In this document: piece after piece, positions 11,301-17,957 of the stretch
How positions within the stretch are numbered: the stretch's first letter is position 1
How the letters are laid out: every line of letters begins with the position of its first letter
NCBI GenBank assembly: GCA_021163205.1
Contig: JAGGXF010000021.1
Coordinates: 1 to 46,452 of the forward strand
Direction: 5' to 3'
Source of the DNA: Candidatus Aenigmatarchaeota archaeon
GTDB taxonomy: Archaea; Aenigmatarchaeota; Aenigmatarchaeia; GW2011-AR5; JAGGXF01
DNA length: 46,452 nt
Translations under genes and position numbers: made by a program
The notes under the pieces: model-generated
The model's input: the letters and a program-made list of their open reading frames with translations, nothing else
Told to the model about the DNA's origin: nothing
Databases searched by the model: none

Positions 11301-14300
11301 TCTCTGTTGCTTTGTAAGTTAAATTATAACTAGAACCGGAAAGTAGAGACATGGTCTTGTTTTCGTAGCCGTTTCCAGGAATCCCTATTTCTACCCATGT
11401 TTCATTTATATCTTTGTTGTCCGTAATTGTCGCTGTGATATTAACTGTTTCGTTTCTGTGTATTATGCTTGGTACTATTTGCTCATTACTGATTTGTGGT
11501 GGAGTGACATCTTGAACCTCTATGGTATAAATATCTGTTGTGTTATAACTTCCTTTTGTGTCATATGCTTTGAAATAATAACCTATAAGCTTTGCTTCTG
11601 CCTGTGAGGGGATTTGAAGTGTTATATTGCTCCAATCCGGATTTGTTGTAAAGTTTCCTTCTCCAGCTTTTTGCCATGAACCAGAAGCATTCCAGTAGAA
11701 CTCCCATGAATCTAGTTGACCATTATCACTCCAGTTACAATAGAACTTAACATTATCATTGGGTTTTGGATTTGTATCGTTGGCTCCTAAGTTATTCCAT
11801 GTCGGGGGAACTATGTCAACATAAAAAACATAATAATTTGTGATGTTTGAACCATCATCGTTGGTAAGAACATTTCCATACGGGTCTGTCAACGCAACAT
11901 AAACCTTGTAATACCCCGTGACTTGAGAGTCTGTGTTCCATGGATTCTGATTATAAATAGAGCCAATGTTGAGGTAATCTCCGGAATTTATTACCCTTTT
12001 TGTCCCTGTGTTTGTATCGTTTATTTGCGTTGCTATAATCTCTCCTGTGTCATTTTTTTGCACTTGCATCAACAGATAGCCAGAAATATTGGTTGTACCT
12101 GTGTTATTAATCAGGCTTGGTTTTGATACCTCTGAACCCATATTTATGGTGGGCTCTGAAGACGCATACTTTGTTCCATAAATCAATCCCGAAGGCGTAA
12201 CCAACCAGCTAAAAACTTCTGATGTGTGGCTTCCGTCCCAGGATGCTGACTCTTCACCAGCAAGCTCGAAATCACTTGTTGTCACATCTCTAGTCAAAGC
12301 ATAGAATGGGTTTGACCCTGCCTCATCATTAAGCTGAGAAACAACAACAGGTGCAGAAGAGTATGAATTTGAAAACGTTTGTGTTACAAATGTATGAGTT
12401 ATGCCACTGACTGTCTTTGCCTCTAAGTTGTTTAAAGAATCGGTCCCTGTTTCAATTGTTGCATAAGCGATTGTTTCCGCGCTTGATAGTGACGGTGTCG
12501 TGACATCATCCTCCTCAACCTGTAATTGAATACTTGTCGTGGCTAGATTATCCCCCCTCGCATAAATTTGGTCGTCACCATTCGCGTTTGTTTGTGTATC
12601 TGCCAATACGACTGGGTTTGTAAACGTTTGTCCAAAATTTGCTGTTGTGTAGCTTCCCGTAGATGTTGTTGTGTTCACGACGATGCCCAGCTCTTTTGCA
12701 CCCAAACGATATTTACCTTTCTCGAGTACAATGTATGAAACATTTGTTGTATCTATATAGCCGTCTCCTGAACCCGGACTTTCAACTTGTCTTATTGTGA
12801 AGTTTCCCGAATTCACATTTGTGATTAAGTGATGCTGCGCATCACTTGTTCCGGTTCTTGATTCACCCGGACCAAGACGAGGAACAGCGAAAACCACAGG
12901 ATTCGTATAATTTCTTGATAATATGACTATCGTGTCTGTTCCTCCCACCTCCAAGATGTTGGCTTCACCCGCTATGAACAAAGTTTTAGTTTTGTTGCTT
13001 TTGCTTTGTGCATCTGGATTTCCATAGTACATATAGATTGTTTTTACTTGTGAAGCACTCAAATTAACTTTAACCCAGATTTTTGTCTGAGTTGTGTTGC
13101 ACCCACTTTGAATCCAGTAACTCAGCTCTGTTACATTATCGCTATCAATAAATCTTATATCTGAGCAATCAGAATTCATTTTAGATTGATTGATTATAGA
13201 TTGTGTGTCTATCGTCAGATTAACTTGGTAGTCTGTTAAATCAGCACCAGAAGTCTCGGTCAATGTTATTGGTTTTTTATATTCCCAAGAAATATCCCAC
13301 CAATTTTCAGATGTTAAGAGAACATCTTCATTCGCGCCATAAATATCTCCGTCTGTTTTCAAAACCATCGAAGCGTTTGCTCTGAGATAAAATTTTTTCG
13401 GAGATGATGACGTGTCGTTAGAATTTCCGGATGTGTCGTTAGCCCATATCCAATAAGAATAATTACCCCACTGCCACATGTCTGTGAAATTTGCTCTATA
13501 TATATTTTCAGATACGTACTCTAAATCCAACTGAGTGGTCGATCCGTTTGGAAGAGTTATGTTTGCTATAACGACATCTGGCCACACATTATCTGTGACG
13601 TTTGCTTCTATCGTTACATTGAGACCATATCCCTGGGTTTGTGGAGTTGCGCTAAACGAATTTATTTGTGGTGGTGTTTCGTCAGACAACGACTGAACAA
13701 TTATGTTATTAATATCGGTTTGATTTAGATTGCCACACGTGTCATTTGCATAAAATCTATATCCGATTGTTTTTCCTGCTGCATGAGAAGGTATTTGCAT
13801 CACAACTGAGGAAATGTTGTGTGTGCCAGAAAAATTACCTGATGAGACATTCTCCCATAAGTCATCTGTAGTAGCATTCCAAGAAAAAGTCCAAGCAGAC
13901 AAGTTACAATTATCTGTCCAGTTAGCACTAAAATTAACATAATCATTTATCGCTGGATTTGAATTATTATCTCTTAGATCGTACCACTGTGGTTTCTCTG
14001 CTTCGCAAGATGTGAAACTAGTAAAATTGCTATCCCATTGACCAGATGTACTATTAGCGTAAATCTCAATACTCCATATCCCTATTGAGCTTAATTCATC
14101 TGGTATTGTATAATTATATTCATATGTGTAACCATTGGCTATCGAACTAATATTAACCATAGTTTCATTATTGACCGCGGATGTTCCATTAGGATGTTCT
14201 ATTGTTATCAAAACCGTGTCTATGTAACTTGCTCCGTCAGGATGGGTCACATTAACCCTTATGGTGACATTCTCTCCTATCACAAAGGATGTTTTTTCTG

Positions 14301-16614
14301 TTGGTGTAGAATTATATGTTTTTGGTTTTTCCACATCTGTGGCAGCCTCTTCTGGCTCTATGCTATAAGATGGCTCTGGTGAAACATACTTCATAACCCT
14401 GATGTCATCTGTCAGAAATTCGTATCCACCGTGTATGAAAAAATAACTAAAGCTTGAATAGGTTGAATCTGAACCTGTTATGGACTTTACGATATTGCCA
14501 TTCATATCATAAAGCGTGTAATTCATGTTCTGGTTGTAATAGGTAAAACTCTGCTTGTACCATTGGTTTTGATTTGATACATGTGTGCTAGATGTTACTT
14601 TACTTGCTCCACACGTATTACTTCTCTTCTCTATGTAAAAATCATCAGAGTTTCCGTTGGTTTGCTTTCTTGGTCCGTATCCACTACAACTGGTTGTTGC
14701 TCCCAAACTATACCTATCTAAAGCGCCGCCGTTGTTATTAATCCTGTTGGTAAGAAATATCGCCCTGAAGCTTGTAACGGTTTCCGACAATGCAATATAA
14801 CATCCGTTTGGATCATTATTGCCTGTTTTTTTGATCACACCGCCTTGTGCTGTATCGGTATCGTAAACGCAGTAACCGCTTCCGTAATCTGTCCAGCCAT
14901 CTATGTTTCCATTTTCGAAGTCATCAAAAAGAAGAAATGTCGCAGAGCCGTTGCTTTCGCTGGCTGCAGAAGGATTGCCATAGTACATATAGATTCTTGC
15001 AGTTCCGTTTCCTAGACCAAGGTCTGTTGTGTTTGCCGGTATGAACGTCACTTTCACCCATATCTTGGCATTCTGCCCGCTAGAATTCCAAGATTCTATC
15101 CAATAAGGTATTGGGGTTTCATTACCACTTGTTGCATTGTAGTATGTGAACCTTGTTGAGTTTTGTTGTGACCAGTTGAAGTTTGAGCCGACATTTGACG
15201 AGTTCAATTGTATAAGTATTTGATAATCTGTAAGGTTTTGATTCACCTGATTGGTTATGTTTATTGCCTGTCTATAGTCCCATGTTTCGTTCCACCAGCT
15301 TCCGCCTGCTGGGTCAAACGCAAGGAACTTTGATGGCGTGTTGTCTGTTTCATATTCAAAGTATTCCCAGGTTCCAGACAGGTGCGGAACCTTGTAGACA
15401 TAGACCAATTGTTCTGGCTCAGGCAGAACAGAGCTGTCGAGAACGCTTTCCAGGTCAGTGTTGATGTTGTGCGCTCTCAACAAATCTTTTATCTCAGCAA
15501 CTGCTGGGTCATCGCCATACCATTTTTCCATAAATCCTTTTGTTTTGAACAACAACTCTGGCTCGTCGTATTCCTTGATTGTATATGTTTTGTTTTTGTA
15601 GTATGGATAGCCAACCCTTGTGATGTTGCCGTATGTCGCATTTGCCTCTATGTCTAGCTGCAACGGAATGTATTCCAGAATTGGGGCATCCTTGTATTTG
15701 TCAGTGACATTGCCCTCATAGTATGTTACGTTTTCTATGTAGACTTGTTTTGTTTTGTTGACGAGATGCCACGCCTTGAATGATTGAATATTGCCTGCTA
15801 TAGCTATGTAAGACACATCATCAGATTTGCTGTTGAATATTCTGTATGTTATTCTCTGGTTAACTGGTGACATGTGGTAGTCAACTAACTCAAACTCTGT
15901 TCCATATGATGAGAGGTTGAATAAGTCTGTCTTCATTATCTCCCTGATCGGCCTTGCTCCCAGCTTGCCAGCGAGCCTTGGCTTCAATGGCAAAGGAGCA
16001 TCGTACTCTATCTTCCTGAACCTGTTAGACTTGATGTTGACAAACCTCGTTCTTATGTTTTTTGCGTTTGATGGAGCAAGGCTGCGCCACTGGTCCAACG
16101 TATCCACGTATTTGACCCAGTGGGCTTTTTTATCAAAAAAATGAGGCTGTTCATTTGAGATGGGTGAGGGTTGAACAGCCTCTTGAGAAATACTATTATC
16201 GTGTTCATCGGTCGTGTTGTTGTCTTGGTCAGGTATAACGGTCTCGGGTTGAGTTTGGTTTGTAAGCGCTTTGCTGCTTACGATGAAATAACTAGATACG
16301 GTCTGGTTGTTGCTCATCAGAACCATGTTGTAAATCCCGTCGACAAAAAATCCTTTCAGTAGTGTGAAATACTTTCCAGTGAAGTCTGTCTTAGCAAGTT
16401 TTTCATAGACCTTTGTATTATTTGGCCCAATAACAGTAAGATTAAAAAACGCCTTTGGTGTGCTGGACACCGTGATGAAAATATTCTCTCCCGGTTCAAA
16501 ATAATCTTTATTCGCTTGCACAGACAACTGTCCTGCAGCAAGAGACAAACTAACGAGTAATAGTAATGACGATATAACTATCAAAGCTAAAACTACTCTA
16601 GCTAATGCTTTCAT
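5335..16614 (-). CDS. Giant (3759 aa) secreted surface glycoprotein/adhesin with three DUF2341-like modules, many Ig-like repeats, lectin-like and IgGFc-binding-like inserts, and a C-terminal WxL/pilin-like domain
   Basis: Signal peptide. Three copies of WW..W.Y(R/K)..I ... YWI ... IWVKV ... YMYYGNP. Repeated D..PP/ANVTD/WAND..GN Ig motifs. Very dense N-x-S/T sequons. No C-terminal TM helix. Confidence 0.9.
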   Translation of the reverse strand: MKALARVVLALIVISSLLLLVSLSLAAGQLSVQANKDYFEPGENIFITVSSTPKAFFNLTVIGPNNTKVYEKLAKTDFTGKYFTLLKGFFVDGIYNMVLMSNNQTVSSYFIVSSKALTNQTQPETVIPDQDNNTTDEHDNSISQEAVQPSPISNEQPHFFDKKAHWVKYVDTLDQWRSLAPSNAKNIRTRFVNIKSNRFRKIEYDAPLPLKPRLAGKLGARPIREIMKTDLFNLSSYGTEFELVDYHMSPVNQRITYRIFNSKSDDVSYIAIAGNIQSFKAWHLVNKTKQVYIENVTYYEGNVTDKYKDAPILEYIPLQLDIEANATYGNITRVGYPYYKNKTYTIKEYDEPELLFKTKGFMEKWYGDDPAVAEIKDLLRAHNINTDLESVLDSSVLPEPEQLVYVYKVPHLSGTWEYFEYETDNTPSKFLAFDPAGGSWWNETWDYRQAINITNQVNQNLTDYQILIQLNSSNVGSNFNWSQQNSTRFTYYNATSGNETPIPYWIESWNSSGQNAKIWVKVTFIPANTTDLGLGNGTARIYMYYGNPSAASESNGSATFLLFDDFENGNIDGWTDYGSGYCVYDTDTAQGGVIKKTGNNDPNGCYIALSETVTSFRAIFLTNRINNNGGALDRYSLGATTSCSGYGPRKQTNGNSDDFYIEKRSNTCGASKVTSSTHVSNQNQWYKQSFTYYNQNMNYTLYDMNGNIVKSITGSDSTYSSFSYFFIHGGYEFLTDDIRVMKYVSPEPSYSIEPEEAATDVEKPKTYNSTPTEKTSFVIGENVTIRVNVTHPDGASYIDTVLITIEHPNGTSAVNNETMVNISSIANGYTYEYNYTIPDELSSIGIWSIEIYANSTSGQWDSNFTSFTSCEAEKPQWYDLRDNNSNPAINDYVNFSANWTDNCNLSAWTFSWNATTDDLWENVSSGNFSGTHNISSVVMQIPSHAAGKTIGYRFYANDTCGNLNQTDINNIIVQSLSDETPPQINSFSATPQTQGYGLNVTIEANVTDNVWPDVVIANITLPNGSTTQLDLEYVSENIYRANFTDMWQWGNYSYWIWANDTSGNSNDTSSSPKKFYLRANASMVLKTDGDIYGANEDVLLTSENWWDISWEYKKPITLTETSGADLTDYQVNLTIDTQSIINQSKMNSDCSDIRFIDSDNVTELSYWIQSGCNTTQTKIWVKVNLSASQVKTIYMYYGNPDAQSKSNKTKTLFIAGEANILEVGGTDTIVILSRNYTNPVVFAVPRLGPGESRTGTSDAQHHLITNVNSGNFTIRQVESPGSGDGYIDTTNVSYIVLEKGKYRLGAKELGIVVNTTTSTGSYTTANFGQTFTNPVVLADTQTNANGDDQIYARGDNLATTSIQLQVEEDDVTTPSLSSAETIAYATIETGTDSLNNLEAKTVSGITHTFVTQTFSNSYSSAPVVVSQLNDEAGSNPFYALTRDVTTSDFELAGEESASWDGSHTSEVFSWLVTPSGLIYGTKYASSEPTINMGSEVSKPSLINNTGTTNISGYLLMQVQKNDTGEIIATQINDTNTGTKRVINSGDYLNIGSIYNQNPWNTDSQVTGYYKVYVALTDPYGNVLTNDDGSNITNYYVFYVDIVPPTWNNLGANDTNPKPNDNVKFYCNWSDNGQLDSWEFYWNASGSWQKAGEGNFTTNPDWSNITLQIPSQAEAKLIGYYFKAYDTKGSYNTTDIYTIEVQDVTPPQISNEQIVPSIIHRNETVNITATITDNKDINETWVEIGIPGNGYENKTMSLLSGSSYNLTYKATEIGVYNFTVYANDSAGNLGNGTTNTWTVYGWSNITWVSPDDGSYPIGTIVNLTCLVKDVNTTQAIQDYPVKFWHNGNELGTNNTNSTGYAVYHWNTSGLDGGPHTVNCTIEDNSTLFYNTTSNDEAHTIVTILVPKMSVSEVEHQNNYTYTINEYESGDKISWINITVNNTGGATAYTVNVTLNIIDSDGQKVNWGPDETKDCGSVNVGELCEVQFNNNSDGYIIPPSAMHGTYSWNITINWTGGGTPPSENTSYSFIVHKLADNFSSAIYPDKIVQNESSTYNFTVANPWSKNITDVNITINCPVNMTCNCSLGGQENQDGYCLLYNITPGYSKTASFNITTNSSTTPADYDINVNVSYYNPGNEQRAWSNQQTQVLSVRGPTHLRVTVTEYKTTITRNSLVDLKGYVNNTDDTTNNLWLNWSLPSNWTNQTGNLSVFSSSLGPSEILWNNITANVSINASLGQQQIQLKSESDEEAPDWETKTVTVYANTSMPYVWINNSNPYRSEAVELKARLIYDNSSAVEGETIVFKLDGLTLGSNTTNSTGYAVLFTTIPYNASLGSNIINATYSGSSSIYTNPSYNDSLAIDVSDLIIIENVSAQPQTTGYGQNVSIFADIWSRVQIDLARVNISFPDNTWQWLNMVYSGLGNTYEAVLSSLWQWGNYSYWIWTNNTAGLVNNTSSQPDEFYIRANASMALKTSKDIYGPSENVYLQGQHWWDGYWSYRKEIDVANPTSTPLEEYQIELKENLTQLYEEGKLNTTCQDLRFTWYNSSSGNEIKIPYWIEECNINGKNSTIWVKVPTIPANSDTIVYMYYGNPNAETDSNITETFSYSEPRLIGYVTSDKIVSNGLSIMSLCDNNEIQVGSNSYTLNELESTTISSGLSQNTTIKAKCLAQIEGSGNIDDMIVPISWAGTEFIYDGFRDSSDTFCMLAPFGNASVAIYVTGTKQWSETVNSTGTCITFDATDDTGLRIVSNRPILVSYYGSAGNDAYSMLPPTTEALYGVPSNYLIAAAGPSGANITYTRSDTGATTDTSIAANEDYQLSSLGNSGSAPAFVINGSNPIGVIQQADHDGTESTIFAPIKEMTTKFGSSLSAEYIAIATPYSDTSCTVYNSSGDVVATSSASGSNGIYKICFGCGNDNTYVSGRWEVECTKPVWPYYEEDSNGDETNLLGWKQMRQHIWPEPIYNVGNEEENSRIINTGTTNISGYLLMQVQKNDTGEIIATQINDTSTGTKRVINSGDYLNIGSIYNQNPWNADSQTTGYYKIYVALTDSNENVLTDDAGEPINKSYVFVVDTVSPEINLSLPLNGMYTADTTLNFTFNVTDNFASTLTCSLYVDYGLEQTNSSVLNATETTLAASGLSLGEHVWEISCSDGANLVWSDTRNFSVYEPREVNITVINSSSTFENTIISIIDDLGEVVSNKTITSSDDTLTDELALNQNYTVEIVVPVQNTLTAKIIDLNITENMSLQPQTIENYTGTIPPKIQNVTSIFALNDSGLSYDHAMLVIPKKGLNITNILHCLDWNFTAGSCSSWEVNDTADYNVQENSTHIWFNVTRFDAFGGGQSSPLPNITEIKIYNVTGLPNTHVGGDLVDSGLNKTFNFVTNGSYQYRVEIKVRNDGGSTWNIDSTDIVYHEGLNSNWQIDNGTDVWYSIGTTNRTGGNWSDGRVTWDTTLGGTLKKGETATFNYVFNATSSQDEQLPVYFLANETQKNAGSYDYSVFNVTKIGYLSPSLATPLDNQIVPQNRTFVINATVQCLEGECGYVTGTPRYNASSSLPDTYISNTSGTTPFFIIGDNQTKHCPEYMYNGTSCTLTWTINSTGNLTDAYEIDVEFNSTTYSLTNHTENHTVEIGIVLILSLTFDYIDFGSSQPLTKNISALGNDNNQYNITIDPNSNNVEGLYIKGTDMNLTTESWGNYYIGVTNMSASTTNDISTETALDYDWVQIKGFTPSGTNVTTYYWLDLPPGLYKGDYEGTIWIMGNATGE
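7481..7701. repeat. 221-bp direct repeat, copy 1 (intragenic, adhesin)
   Basis: Aligns without gaps to 11885-12105. The ~170-bp core differs at only about 2 positions by eye. Confidence 0.9.
9295..9329. repeat. 35-bp exact direct repeat (other copy at about 13444-13478)
   Basis: ccatatccaataagaataattaccccactgccaca occurs twice and encodes WQWGNYSYWIW. Confidence 0.8.
11885..12105. repeat. 221-bp direct repeat, copy 2 (intragenic, adhesin)
   Basis: Encodes NTGTTNISGYLLMQVQKNDTGEIIATQINDT.TGTKRVINSGDYLNIGSIYNQNPWN, as copy 1 does. Confidence 0.9.
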
Positions 16615-16634
16615 CCATCCACCAACTCTGCCAT

Positions 16635-16661
16635 CTAAAATTTGGAAAATCCAAATTTTAG
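16635..16661. promoter_or_regulatory. Perfect 12-bp inverted repeat in the adhesin 5' region (hairpin or operator)
   Basis: ctaaaatttgga-aaa-tccaaattttag, 20 bp upstream of the ATG. Confidence 0.6.
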
Positions 16662-16758
16662 GTCCGAAGCTTCAGGAGAACTAATCATTCTCGTGAACAA
16701 TGGTCACGAAGAACAGTCCCCCCACCCATCATTATGTTTATTTATTACGAAGAACCAG

Positions 16759-16767
16759 TATAAATAA
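16759..16767 (-). promoter_or_regulatory. Putative TATA box for the adhesin operon
   Basis: Minus strand reads AAAAATTATTTATAC, with an A-rich BRE-like segment upstream. Confidence 0.45.
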
Positions 16768-16787
16768 TTTTTGCCTTGATTTTATTT

Positions 16788-17810
16788 TTAGCCCATCGGA
16801 TTTTTGTACATGTTTTTATATCTGATGAGCGCCAACATTGCCATGGTTGTGGCATAAATATCCTCTTTTTTCTCAGTACCTACAAAATAACCCCCATTCC
16901 AGCTTCCGTCTGGCCGCTGTTTTTTTATTAGCCATTGAACTCCCTTCTCGATTCTCTTTTTACATTTCTCATTTTTTTCACATGTATCTGAAACAAGTAA
17001 TGTGTTCAAGGCCAGAGCCGTTCTCAACTCTTTTGATGGCCTGCCTTTGGCTGAACTCCCCCAAGAACCGTCTGAATTTTGTGTACGCAAGACAAAGCCA
17101 AGGGCTTTTTCTATAATCTCATTTCTATCATAAAGCTCAGCAGCCCATACATCAACATAAGTTGCGTAATACGGTGTATCATAATACATAGGTGAACTCC
17201 CCCAAGAACCGTCTTCTAGCTGTGTGGACGCAATAAAGTCAAGTGCTTTAGTTATATTAAAGGTTATATGTTTAGTATTACTACCTCCGTCGGTTAGCGC
17301 AAGTGCGACAACAGCGTACCCAGTGACAGAAGGAAATCTTTTATCTACTATGATAAATGGCGTACCTATTTCCCAATATCCTTTCACATTCTGCTTGTTA
17401 GCGAGAAAGTTTCTTGTATCGCTAATGTTTTCATCCACAAGATTGAGAGCAATTAAAGAAACAGCTGTTGTTTCAATACAATAGTCTTCTTTTGCTGTTG
17501 TTGTCATATAAAAACTACCATTACTCCGCTTAACAATATTAAGAAAACGCACCGACTTATTAATTGTTTCATTGTAATAAGATTTGTCTAAAAGTGACAG
17601 CACGACAACAGCATTGGCCGTGTCCCAAATCTTGAACATAGAATTGTCTGACAATGATATGGAACCGTCTTTGTTTTGTTGGCCAACCAGCCACCCAGCA
17701 GCGCTATTCATGGAAGTTGTGGTATTAATTGTGGCTTGCTGATGAAGAATGAAAATGATAAAAGTAATCAACAGAATAAAAAGCAGCGGATGAGTTATTT
17801 TCTTTTTCAT
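16788..17810 (-). CDS. Membrane-anchored/exported prenyltransferase/squalene-oxidase repeat (alpha/alpha)6 barrel protein, about 340 aa
   Basis: Likely start ATG 17810 (GAGG RBS) rather than 17927. One N-terminal TM. Six QW-like motifs: QQNKDGSI, VKRSNGSF, KQNVKGYW, TQLEDGSW, TQNSDGSW, KQRPDGSW. WDTA present, no DXDD. Confidence 0.85.
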   Translation of the reverse strand: MKKKITHPLLFILLITFIIFILHQQATINTTTSMNSAAGWLVGQQNKDGSISLSDNSMFKIWDTANAVVVLSLLDKSYYNETINKSVRFLNIVKRSNGSFYMTTTAKEDYCIETTAVSLIALNLVDENISDTRNFLANKQNVKGYWEIGTPFIIVDKRFPSVTGYAVVALALTDGGSNTKHITFNITKALDFIASTQLEDGSWGSSPMYYDTPYYATYVDVWAAELYDRNEIIEKALGFVLRTQNSDGSWGSSAKGRPSKELRTALALNTLLVSDTCEKNEKCKKRIEKGVQWLIKKQRPDGSWNGGYFVGTEKKEDIYATTMAMLALIRYKNMYKNPMG

Positions 17811-17957
17811 GATGTATAATATCCTCAGAAAGGAATAAAAGATTTCTTTATGGAAAACAGAAAAAAGAAAAATAAAAAAGAAAATTGTCCCCCACCCATC
17901 TCGAAACAAAATAAAATCAAGCAACATTAACTTGAGTCGTCGGCTCAGTTTTTGTTT

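Noticed and set aside
7481-12105. Diversity-generating retroelement TR/VR pair
   Set aside because: Both copies are in-frame coding, mismatches are few and not clearly adenine-specific, and no reverse transcriptase is in the window.
3297-17810. Alpha-2-macroglobulin/complement-like thioester system
   Set aside because: MG-like and alpha-barrel domains are present, but no CGEQ/CxEQ thioester motif was found in any of these proteins.
16788-17810. Active squalene-hopene cyclase
   Set aside because: Single barrel of about 340 aa, no DXDD motif, and an export/TM signal.
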